A DNA stretch of 64,000 nucleotides from Planctomycetota bacterium (GTDB taxonomy: Bacteria; Planctomycetota; UBA1135; JAKEFM01): positions 87,044 through 151,043 of the forward strand of contig DASRRH010000009.1 in the NCBI GenBank assembly GCA_035695825.1, in the 5' to 3' direction. Within the stretch, counting starts at the first letter, position 1; every line of letters begins with the position of its first letter. This document shows, one piece after another, positions 19,767-28,860 of this stretch. Under the pieces are notes generated by a model. The model was given only the letters and a program-made list of their open reading frames with translations. It did not search any database and had not been told where the DNA came from. A program made the position numbers and the translations under genes.

Positions 19767-20833
19767 CCAAGGCTATCCCCCTCCTCGCCGTCCTCCTCGG
19801 GGCTCTCGTCGCCGCCGATCTCGCGCTCTCCAAGGCGGGCGGCGAGACCCGACGCCGCAGTTCCAAGGTCCGGCGCCTCGTCCCTCCGGCGGAACGCGAG
19901 GCCGAGCGGGTGGCGGTCCTCAAGCTGGAGGGAGGGGGCCGCTTTCCCCCCATGGTCTACGCGCGGGAAGCGGGGGGGTTCTGGCGCTGCCGGACCTACC
20001 ACGGGGCCCTCGCGAGCGAGGCACTCGTCGAGAGCGTGCGGAAGAAGCTCTTCGAGGGAGGGGGGGTCGTCCAGAGCGTCGACCCGGCGAAGGCTCCCTC
20101 GTACGGACTCGACATGCCGGCGATGGTCCGCCTCTCGGTCCACGGGCCGCGAGGGCTCGAGGCTCCCGAAGCGGATCGGATCCTCTCTCTCGACGTCGGC
20201 GCGGCCGCGCCGTCGATGAGCGGCGGCTACGTGCGCCGGACGGGGGAGGGGGAGATCTGGTCGGTCGACGTGAACCTCCGCGAGGAGCTCGCCCCGCAGG
20301 AGCCGACGGCGCTCCCCCCCCTCGTCGAGCGGACCCTCTTCCCGACTTCCTGGCCCGGTGCGAAGAAGGGGATCCGGTCGTTCCGCATCGAGCCGGGCGG
20401 CGCCGAGGCGTTCGAGCTCGAGGGGCGCCCCCGCGAAGTGAGCCCGGAGGAGATGCGGTCGGGCAAGTCCCCCTGGCAGTGGTTCGTGAAGACGGCCGCC
20501 GGCGAGCAGCCGGCGAACGAGGCGCTCGCGTCGAGCTACGCGGCCTTCCTCCAGCGCGCGCCGCGCCTCGACGTCGCGGAGGCGGGCCTCGAGCCCCAGG
20601 CGGGCCTCGGCGCGCCGATGGGCAAGGTCACCCTGATCCCGAACGAGGGCGACCCGCTCGTCGTCACGGTCGGGTCGGGCCGGATCGGCGCCAGCGTCCC
20701 GGTAAAGAACTCCTTCGGCCAGACGCTCGACCTCGCCGCTCCCCTCGTCGCGCCGTTGCTCGTCCCGCGCGCGGAGCAGCTCCTGCAACCCGCTGGAGCG
20801 AATCCATGGGAGCCGTTCCTGAAGGAGCGCTGA
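19763..20833 (+). CDS. DUF4340-like protein (usual partner of GldG-type proteins)
   Basis: GTG 19763 overlaps the upstream stop (GTGA). It has the N-terminal anchor KAIPLLAVLLGALVAADLAL. Position after GldG and size (356 aa) fit DUF4340. The family call rests mostly on context. Confidence 0.55.
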   Translation: MTKAIPLLAVLLGALVAADLALSKAGGETRRRSSKVRRLVPPAEREAERVAVLKLEGGGRFPPMVYAREAGGFWRCRTYHGALASEALVESVRKKLFEGGGVVQSVDPAKAPSYGLDMPAMVRLSVHGPRGLEAPEADRILSLDVGAAAPSMSGGYVRRTGEGEIWSVDVNLREELAPQEPTALPPLVERTLFPTSWPGAKKGIRSFRIEPGGAEAFELEGRPREVSPEEMRSGKSPWQWFVKTAAGEQPANEALASSYAAFLQRAPRLDVAEAGLEPQAGLGAPMGKVTLIPNEGDPLVVTVGSGRIGASVPVKNSFGQTLDLAAPLVAPLLVPRAEQLLQPAGANPWEPFLKER

Positions 20834-20842
20834 GCGGGAGCG

Positions 20843-21409
20843 TCAGCGCTCGAGGATCGCCTGCAGCCGGTCGAGGCGCCCCGTCCAGAACGCGCGCATC
20901 TTCGCGACCTCTCTCGCTCCGGCGAGCTTGCGGTGCTGGAGGTTCACCATGCTCTTGCCGGGGCCCTTCCCGAGGAAGTAGGCCTCGACGCTCGTCTCCC
21001 CGTCGCCCCAGGTGATCCGCATCGTCTTCTCCTTCGTCGCCTTGCGGACCGCGATCGCCTCGGGGAGCCAGCGGGCGCGGATCTTCGGATCGTCGAACGC
21101 GCGGTAGAGCTTCGCGATCGGGACGCCGACCGTGCGGCTCCCGCTCACCTGGAAGCCGTCGAGCGACTGGTTCACCTTGCGCAGCCCCCGACCCTGCTCG
21201 TACCCGACGGTCACCATCTGCGACCACCAGCCGGAGACCCCCTGCTTCTCGTAGAGGAAGGCCGCGGTCTCCTTGTGGGGCCACTTCCTCGCCCCGGCCT
21301 TGTCGAGGATTGCGAACCACTCCTTCCACTTCTTCCCCGTGCGCTTGGCGACGGCGGCGTCGCCGACCCCTGCGAAACGCTCCTCGGCCGCGGGTCGCTT
21401 CCTCGCCAT
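20843..21409 (-). CDS. DUF4287 + SRPBCC (AHSA1-like) domain protein
   Basis: The N-terminus GKKWKEWFAILDKAGARKWPHKETAAFLYEKQGVSGWWSQMVTVGYEQ matches the DUF4287 pattern. The C-terminal half looks SRPBCC-like. GGGGAGG lies immediately upstream of ATG 21409. Confidence 0.7.
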   Translation of the reverse strand: MARKRPAAEERFAGVGDAAVAKRTGKKWKEWFAILDKAGARKWPHKETAAFLYEKQGVSGWWSQMVTVGYEQGRGLRKVNQSLDGFQVSGSRTVGVPIAKLYRAFDDPKIRARWLPEAIAVRKATKEKTMRITWGDGETSVEAYFLGKGPGKSMVNLQHRKLAGAREVAKMRAFWTGRLDRLQAILER

Positions 21410-21416
21410 CCTCCCC

Positions 21417-22609
21417 TCACGCGCGCGGCCGGCCCGGCATCGGCACCACCCGGACGGGCGGCTCGTACGCGATGCCGGGATTTGCCCAGTCGAAGCCGGA
21501 GGGGGTGAGGTCGAGGCTCGAGGCGAGGATCTCGTCCCAGGTGAGCGCCTTCCCCGTGTAGGCCGCCTCGCGGCCGAGGATCGCGAGCAGCGTGCTCTCC
21601 GCGATCTGCTTCGTCTCGTTCAGGGGGGACCCCGAGCGGATGCTCTCGATCAGGTCGGTCTGCTCCTGGACGTAGGCGTCGGGCGCCTCCCCCTGGAAGG
21701 TCCAGGGGTTCGCCCCCGCGATCGTCCCGGCGTAGGGGGAGGCGACCCCCTCGCTCCCGTAGAACCAGGCGCCCACCTCGCCGAAGGCGCCGGCGATCTG
21801 GCGGTTCATCGAGAGGCAGTGGACCCCCCCCTCGAACGCGTAGTCGACCGCGAAGTGGTCGTAGACGTTGCCGTGCTCGGGGCCCGTCCGGGCCTGCCTC
21901 CCTCCCGTTCCGATCGCGCGGGCGGGCTTCGCCCGGAGCGTCCACGCCACGACGTCGAGGGTGTGGACATGCTGCTCGACGAGGATGTCCCCCGAGAGCC
22001 AGTCGAAGTAGGGCCAGTTGCGGACCTGGTAGTCGAGCTCCCGTTCGCCGGGCTTGCGGTCGTATCTCCAGAGCGCCCCCGTGTTGTACCAGGCGCGCGC
22101 GGAGAGGACTTTCCCGATCGCCCCCTCGTGGACCCGGCGGATCGTCTCGCGGAACTTGCGGTGGTGGCGGTAGAGGGTCCCTGCCACGACGCCGAGCCCC
22201 TTTCGCCCCGCCTCCTCTCCGGCCGCGAGGATCTTGCGCACGCCGGCCGGGTCGACGGCGACCGGCTTCTCGAAGAAGACGTGCTTTCCCGCCGTGACCG
22301 CCGCGGCGAAGTGGAGGGGCCGGAATCCGGGGGGCGCGCAGAGGAGGACGAGGTCGACCCCGCAGTCGAGGAGCCTCCGATAGGCGTCGTAGCCCGCGAA
22401 GCAGCGCTCCTCCTCGACGGCGTACCCCTCGTGCTTCAGCCCCGCGAGGTAGGTGCGGCATTCCGCGAGCCGGTCGGGGAACGCGTCGGCGAGCGCGACC
22501 AGGCGCAGGCCCGGCGCGGCCATCAGGAAGTTCTCCGCCGCCCCCGTGCCGCGCCGGCCGCAGCCGACGAGCCCCGCGCGGATCGGCTCGGGTCCCTTCG
22601 AATCCCGGC

Positions 22610-22613
<4 letters not shown>
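21417..22613 (-). CDS. Gfo/Idh/MocA family oxidoreductase (no signal peptide)
   Basis: GTG 22613 overlaps the upstream stop (GTGA). Motifs are Rossmann IRAGLVGCGRRGTG, HVFFEKPVA (EKP motif) and ILVEQHVHTLDV. It is a close paralog of the upstream gene. Confidence 0.85.
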
Positions 22614-23862
<1,249 letters not shown>

Positions 23863-23866
<4 letters not shown>

Positions 23867-24525
23867 TTCTCCTCCCGGATCCGGATGTTCCGCCAGTGGA
23901 TCGGATGCCCCTCGTTCTGGAAGGCGATGTGTCCCGCCTCCGCCTTGACGCCCGAGGCGAGGCCCACGACCGCGCCGTTCAGCTTGACCGCGACCTTGTC
24001 TCCCTTCACCTCGATCTCCGTCGCGTTCCACTCGGCGAGGGGTCGGCGCGCCTTCTTCCTCGCGGCGGCGTCGTCCTTGACGGTCGCCTTGATCCCCATC
24101 GACCGGATCGCGCCCGCCTCCCGGAACGACCCCTCTACGGCGAGGCTCTTCGGCCAGACCTTGTCCGGCTCGTTCACGAAGAGGAGGACGCCGCTGTCTC
24201 CCTCGAACCTCGTCTCGTCCTTGAGGACGCCGAGCGGCTTCTCGTACCTCCACTCGAACCGGAAGGTGAAGTCGCGGTGCTTCTCCGTCGTGTAGAGGAG
24301 TCCCTTCGGCCCCCCTCGGCAGACGAGCTCCCCCTCCTCGACCCCGAAGGGGATCGTGACCGTGATCGGCTCGCCGGGCGACACTCCCTCCCTCTTCTCC
24401 ACGGCGTGGATCTGCCACTCGCGGAGGTCCTTCCCGTCGAAGAGCGACCGGAAGCCCTCCTCGTCGTCCTTCGCTTCCTGCGGAAGGAAGGCGAGGAGGA
24501 GCGGGTAGAGCGAGCGTGGACCCAT
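23863..24525 (-). CDS. DUF1080 (3-keto-disaccharide hydrolase family) protein
   Basis: Short signal peptide MGPRSLYPLLLAFLP. Family blocks are GFRSLFDGKDLREW, DFTFRFEWRY and the C-terminal GHIAFQNEGHPIHWRNIRI. Confidence 0.85.
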
Positions 24526-24534
24526 GCTTCGCCC

Positions 24535-25158
24535 CTACTCGGGCCGGATCCGGAGATTCCTCCAGTGGATCTCCGCCCCCTCCGACTGGAAGCCGATGAC
24601 CCCCTCCTTGAAGGGGTGCTCGGTCACGGTGGAGATCAGGGTCCCGTTGACGCGCGCGGCGACCTGTCCCCTCTTCGCGACGATCTCCATCGAGTTCCAC
24701 TCGCCGACCGGCTTGCACGCCTTCTTCCGGGCCTCGGCGTCGGTCGTGAACTTCGTCTGCTCCTTCGACTCGATCGGGATGATGCGGGCGACCTCCTTGT
24801 TCATCCCCTGGACCTCGATGCTCCGCGGCCAGATCTTGTGCTCGGTGATGAAGAGGAGGTAGCCGCTGTTTCCGCCGAAGTCGTCGTCGTTCTTCAGGTC
24901 TGCCGGCCGCTTGTAGCGCCAGTCGAACCGGAGGGTGAAGTCGCCGTAGGGCTTCTCCGTGTAGAGGTAGCCGGGCGGCGTCCCCGTGCAGACGATGGCG
25001 CCGTCCTTCACGGAGAAGGTCTTCGCCGGGTCGGCGTCCTTCTCGCCGAAGTGGAACTTGAAGCCGGCGAGGTCCTTGCCGTTGAAGAGCGGGACGAAAC
25101 CCTTCTCGTCCTCCTGCGGAGCGAGAAGGAGGAAGGGGAGCAGGGCCCGGTGGAGCAT
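24535..25158 (-). CDS. DUF1080 (3-keto-disaccharide hydrolase family) protein
   Basis: ATG 25158 (GGAGGA 7 nt upstream) gives MLHRALLPFLLLAPQ. Family blocks are GFVPLFNGKDLAGF, DFTLRFDWRY and GVIGFQSEGAEIHWRNLRI. Confidence 0.85.
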   Translation of the reverse strand: MLHRALLPFLLLAPQEDEKGFVPLFNGKDLAGFKFHFGEKDADPAKTFSVKDGAIVCTGTPPGYLYTEKPYGDFTLRFDWRYKRPADLKNDDDFGGNSGYLLFITEHKIWPRSIEVQGMNKEVARIIPIESKEQTKFTTDAEARKKACKPVGEWNSMEIVAKRGQVAARVNGTLISTVTEHPFKEGVIGFQSEGAEIHWRNLRIRPE

Positions 25159-25229
25159 GGCGAGTCCTCCGGCGGGGGTCCTATCCGGCCCTTCCCCGGG
25201 CGTCAACCGAGGGGACTCCGTCCCGGGCC

Positions 25230-25235
25230 TACAAT
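25230..25235 (+). promoter_or_regulatory. -10-like TACAAT located 8 nt upstream of GTG 25244 (possible leaderless transcript)
   Basis: The sequence reads CCTACAATCCCTTCCCGTGGAG. It has the same AATCC context as the CATAATCC motifs. Confidence 0.35.
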
Positions 25236-25243
25236 CCCTTCCC

Positions 25244-25519
25244 GTGGAGAAGGCGCTCCTCCCCGGCGCAGACCTGATCGAGGCGGGGCTCGCCGACCTC
25301 GCGCGAGGGGTCGAGTCGATCCCGGCGCTCCTCGTCCTGGTCGGGGCGCCGCGGCTCCGGGAGGGTGGGATCGCGGTCCCGGAGACGGGGATCCGCGATC
25401 CCGAACATCGCCTCTACGCGAGGCTGGGTGAAGAGGACCCGGACTCGGCCCACTCCCGCTACAACGCGCTGATTCGGAGGCTCGTGAGCTACGAGAGGGC
25501 GCTCGAGTGCGCGCCCTAG
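25244..25519 (+). CDS. Small hypothetical protein (91 aa), upstream partner of the NTase-fold gene
   Basis: In-frame GTG 25244 within track ORF 24986..25519. The sequence is VEKALLPGADLIEAGLADLARGVESIPALLVLVGAPRLR...SAHSRYNALIRRLVSYERALECAP. It overlaps the next gene by 13 nt. No family recognised. Confidence 0.5.
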   Translation: MEKALLPGADLIEAGLADLARGVESIPALLVLVGAPRLREGGIAVPETGIRDPEHRLYARLGEEDPDSAHSRYNALIRRLVSYERALECAP

Positions 25520-26046
25520 CCGACGCGGAGCGGATCCGGGAGTTCTTCCGAGAACTCGGCCGCGAGGCGAGGACGCCCGCTCGAGCCTATCTGACCGGGG
25601 GCGCGACGGCCGTGCTCCTCGGCTGGCGCGAGACGACGATCGACGTCGACGTCCGGTTCGTCCCGGAGAGCGATGCGCTTCTGCGGGCCATCCCGCGGCT
25701 CAAGGAGTCCCTCCGGATCAACGTGGAGCTGGCGGCTCCCCTCGACTTCGTCCCCGTGCCGCCCGGCTGGGAGGAGCGGAGCCGGTTCGCATTCCAGGAG
25801 GGGAAGCTCGCCGTCTACCACTTCGACTTCGACGCCCAGGCGCTCGCGAAGCTCGAGCGCCGACACGCCCGCGATCTGGAGGACGTCCGCGAGATGATCC
25901 GCCGGGGTCTGGTCGACCCGAAGAGGCTCCTCGAGGGCTTCGAGAAGATCGCGCCCGAACTTCATCGCTACCCGGCGGTCGATCCCGGCTCCTTTCGGCG
26001 GGCCGTCGAACGCGCGGCGAAGGAGTCCGGGGGCTCCGTGTCCTGA
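25507..26046 (+). CDS. Minimal nucleotidyltransferase-fold protein (DUF6036 / AbiEii-MNT-like)
   Basis: The block YLTGGATAVLLGWRETTIDVDVRF fits the NTase-fold G[GS]-x(9-13)-DxD signature. The protein is 179 aa with a GTG start. Confidence 0.6.
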   Translation: MRALADAERIREFFRELGREARTPARAYLTGGATAVLLGWRETTIDVDVRFVPESDALLRAIPRLKESLRINVELAAPLDFVPVPPGWEERSRFAFQEGKLAVYHFDFDAQALAKLERRHARDLEDVREMIRRGLVDPKRLLEGFEKIAPELHRYPAVDPGSFRRAVERAAKESGGSVS

Positions 26047-26077
26047 CGCGAGGTCTGCGATTCCCGGGCGACCGGAA

Positions 26078-26114
26078 GGGGAGGGAGGAGTTCTCGTCCC
26101 TGCTCTCCCTCTCC
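26078..26114. terminator. Hairpin between convergent genes (10-bp stem, one mismatch)
   Basis: GGGGAGGGAG (26078-26087) pairs with CTCCCTCTCC (26105-26114) across a 17-nt loop. It lies between the stops at 26046 (+) and 26129 (-). Confidence 0.3.
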
Positions 26115-26128
26115 TGTCTCGCGGGGGG

Positions 26129-26479
26129 TCAGATGGCTTCCTTCTCGTAGCGCTCGATCGTCGTCTCGACCTGCCAGACGGCCTCCTCGGCCTCCTCGAA
26201 ATTCTTCGCGTCCGCGACCGCGTGGGCCATCACGCCGAGCATCCCCGCCCACGGGAGGACGACTCGAAGCTTCTCCAGTTCGAGGATCCGCCGGACTCGC
26301 AACGCCTCGTCCGCGATCCCCGAGGAACGGTCCGCCTCCGCGGAGATCCGGTCGTGGAGCCGCTCGACGTAGGCCTTGAAGGCGTAGAAGCGACTCTCCG
26401 GGACCGCCGTTCGGCAGGCGGGGAGCGCAACGAGGGGAGAGAAGAACAGGAATGCTCGGATGCAGCCTTCGAGCTTCAT
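26129..26479 (-). CDS. Hypothetical lipoprotein
   Basis: MKLEGCIRAFLFFSPLVALPAC carries a lipobox (LPAC). GAGG lies 8 nt upstream of ATG 26479. The mature part is helical and charged. No family recognised. Confidence 0.55.
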   Translation of the reverse strand: MKLEGCIRAFLFFSPLVALPACRTAVPESRFYAFKAYVERLHDRISAEADRSSGIADEALRVRRILELEKLRVVLPWAGMLGVMAHAVADAKNFEEAEEAVWQVETTIERYEKEAI

Positions 26480-26553
26480 GGTCCGTACCTCGCAGGGAGC
26501 AGGGGGATTGTGGCAAGAGGCTCTCGCCCGGTGGGAGCCCGAGGAGATCCGCG

Positions 26554-28368
26554 TCAGTCCCGCCGCAGCTCGACGACCCGGATGTTCCGGAAGGAGACGC
26601 GCGAGCCCTCGTCGTGGTTCTGGATCCCGACGAATCCCCCGAGCGAGCGCTCCCCGGTGAAGTCGTTCACGCGCCGGCCGTTGATCCTAACGACGTAACG
26701 GGTGCCGGTCGCGGCGATCTCCATGTGGTTCCACGACCCCGGATCCGCGGTCGGGATCCGGGTCGAATCCTGGAAGTCGTAGATCGAGCCGGTCCGGTGC
26801 CTCGGGTCGGCGCCGTCGCAGATCTGGACCTCGTAGCCCCGATGGACGGCGACCAGTGGGTCGGTTCCCGGATCGGGGAAGCGGACGAAGACGCCCGAAT
26901 TGTCCTCCCGGCGCGCGACCTTCCAGTCGAGGAGGAGGAGGAAGTCCTCGAACGGGCGCTCGTGCCAGAAAAGCCCCATCCCGCCCCGGCTGACGAGGCA
27001 ATCCCCCTCGACGTCGAACCCGCCCGGCCCCGCCATCTTCCAGCCTTGAGGCGCCCCCTCGAAGAGGACGTGGTAGGCGACCGCGTTCGCCGGGAGCTCC
27101 TTCACGCGGACGTTCCGGAAGCGCACGCCGTCGCCGTCGAAGCGGTTCTGGAGGCCGATGAACCCCTCCCGACGCCGATCGCCGACGAACCGGTCGACCG
27201 TCCCCCCGTTCATTCGAACCGTGACCTCGTTCCCGACGCACGCGATCTCGCAGTCGTTCCACTCGCCGGGCCTCCGGAGGCGAGCATTGCTCGGTGCCGG
27301 GGACGAGCCGATCGCCCCGGTCGAGCTCTTCTCCCTCCCGTCGTCGCCGATCCGGACCGAGTAGCCATACTTCACGGCGACCCACGGGTCGTTCCCCGGA
27401 TCGGGGAGCCGGACGAAGACGCCGGAGCCGGCCGAGGTCTTCTCCTGGAGAAACTCGAGCCGGAGGAGGATGTTCTCGAAAGGCTTCGCCGCGAACCACC
27501 AGAGGCCCGTTGCGCCCTGGGGGATCGCCACGCCATCCTCCAGCCGAAATCCGCCGGGACCCTCCTGCTTCCACCCCACCGAGGCATGGGGAGGATCGAG
27601 GAGCGCCCGGCACCCCTCCGCGTCGACGTCGCGTCCCATCGCCCAGCGGATCCCCTCGACGAGGTGGGTGAGGTAGCGGGGATCCTGCCAGACCTCCTCG
27701 CGGTGGCCGAGGGCCGTGTAGAACACGCGCCCCTCGCCGAACTCGCGGCTCCAGGAAAGGGCGAAGTCCCGGTCGTCGCGGTTCACCCCCTTCGCGGAGA
27801 GGTCGACGCTCTGCGGGTCGAGCGAGAGGAGGACGTGGACGCGCGAGCGTTCCCAGTTCCGGAACTGGTAGATCTCGTCCGCGATCGTGAAGGAGGCGCC
27901 GAGGGGGTGGGTCGAGGGGTGGTCGGGGTCCTCGACGCGGACGCGGACGTCCTCGTTCCAGGGGTGCCCGTCGAAGATTCCGCCGAGCATCTCGCCGTAG
28001 GCGGGCCATCCGTAGAAGGTGTCCGCCGCCGGATGAATCCCGACGAATCCGCCGCCGCGCTTCACGAACTCGAGGAGCGCGTTCTTCTGCCCCTCGTCGA
28101 ACGGGAGCTCTCCCGAGGTGTAGAAGACGACCGCTTCGTAGCGCGAGAGGTTCGCCTTCGTCACCGCGCCGCAGTCCTGGGTCGCGTCGACATCGAAGGA
28201 GTCGTGCGCAGCGGCCGTGAGCTGCGCCTCGGCGAGCGAGAGGGTCTGCGGGGCGGGCCTCGTCACCACGGAGTGCTGGTAGCTCGCCGAGTGGGTGAGG
28301 AAGAGGACGCGCGGCGGATCGGCTGCGGGGGGGCGGAGCGCCCCGAGGAGGAGGAGAAGGGGCAGCAT
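26554..28368 (-). CDS. ThuA-like domain fused to two DUF1080 domains, secreted
   Basis: Signal peptide MLPLLLLLGALRPPAA. ThuA blocks are RVLFLTHSASYQHS, GGGFVGIHPAADTFYGWPAYGEMLGGIFDGHPW and FYTALGHREE. Two DUF1080 units follow, ending GFIGLQNRFDGDGVRFRNVRV and GFVGIQNHDEGSRVSFRNIRV. Confidence 0.85.
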   Translation of the reverse strand: MLPLLLLLGALRPPAADPPRVLFLTHSASYQHSVVTRPAPQTLSLAEAQLTAAAHDSFDVDATQDCGAVTKANLSRYEAVVFYTSGELPFDEGQKNALLEFVKRGGGFVGIHPAADTFYGWPAYGEMLGGIFDGHPWNEDVRVRVEDPDHPSTHPLGASFTIADEIYQFRNWERSRVHVLLSLDPQSVDLSAKGVNRDDRDFALSWSREFGEGRVFYTALGHREEVWQDPRYLTHLVEGIRWAMGRDVDAEGCRALLDPPHASVGWKQEGPGGFRLEDGVAIPQGATGLWWFAAKPFENILLRLEFLQEKTSAGSGVFVRLPDPGNDPWVAVKYGYSVRIGDDGREKSSTGAIGSSPAPSNARLRRPGEWNDCEIACVGNEVTVRMNGGTVDRFVGDRRREGFIGLQNRFDGDGVRFRNVRVKELPANAVAYHVLFEGAPQGWKMAGPGGFDVEGDCLVSRGGMGLFWHERPFEDFLLLLDWKVARREDNSGVFVRFPDPGTDPLVAVHRGYEVQICDGADPRHRTGSIYDFQDSTRIPTADPGSWNHMEIAATGTRYVVRINGRRVNDFTGERSLGGFVGIQNHDEGSRVSFRNIRVVELRRD

Positions 28369-28473
28369 CGCGATGCTCCTGTCGAGCAGGGGAAGCGGCC
28401 GGAAGTCTACACCTCCAGAGTGAAGAGGCGCCCTCGGGGGCGCCTCCGGGTTCGTGCCGTGGAGGGGGAGGTC

Positions 28474-28767
28474 CTACTTCAGGACCCACACGCTCCGGCT
28501 GTAGATCGAGATGTAGCCGGTGAAGATGTTGATCAGAACGTCGACGAAGCTCTGCTGCGTCTTGATCGTGTAGTCCGACGCGCCGCCGGCCATCCGCCCG
28601 CCGTCGATGTGGTTCAAGGGCACGAGCCCCCACAGGATGTACCACTGCCTCGCCTCCGCGGCGGGGCGGCTCCCTCCTTTCCCGACCGTGTGCATCATCG
28701 TGTAGCACGCGGTAAGGGGGAGGCAGAGCGCCGCGCAGAGGAGTCCCGCTCGGATCGATCGCTTCAT
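28474..28767 (-). CDS. Bor/Iss family lipoprotein
   Basis: ATG 28767 (GGAGG upstream) gives MKRSIRAGLLCAALCLPLTAC (lipobox). WYILWGLVPLN...YTIKTQQSFVDVLINIFTGYISIYSRSVWV parallels the lambda Bor pattern (FFVSGIGQ...ETQQTFVNGLLGFITLGIYTP). Confidence 0.7.
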   Translation of the reverse strand: MKRSIRAGLLCAALCLPLTACYTMMHTVGKGGSRPAAEARQWYILWGLVPLNHIDGGRMAGGASDYTIKTQQSFVDVLINIFTGYISIYSRSVWVLK

Positions 28768-28860
28768 CCTCTCGACCTCCGTTTCTCGGCCGGCCCCTCG
28801 GGCCGGACGGCTGTGGGGGGGGATCCTAGGAAGGCCGACCCAGGGGATCAAACGCCCGCG

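Noticed and set aside
28474-28767. The Bor-family lipoprotein as a marker of a prophage
   Set aside because: No other phage-like genes (integrase, terminase, capsid, lysis) occur in the flanking operons, and the gene sits inside a co-directional metabolic/membrane cluster.
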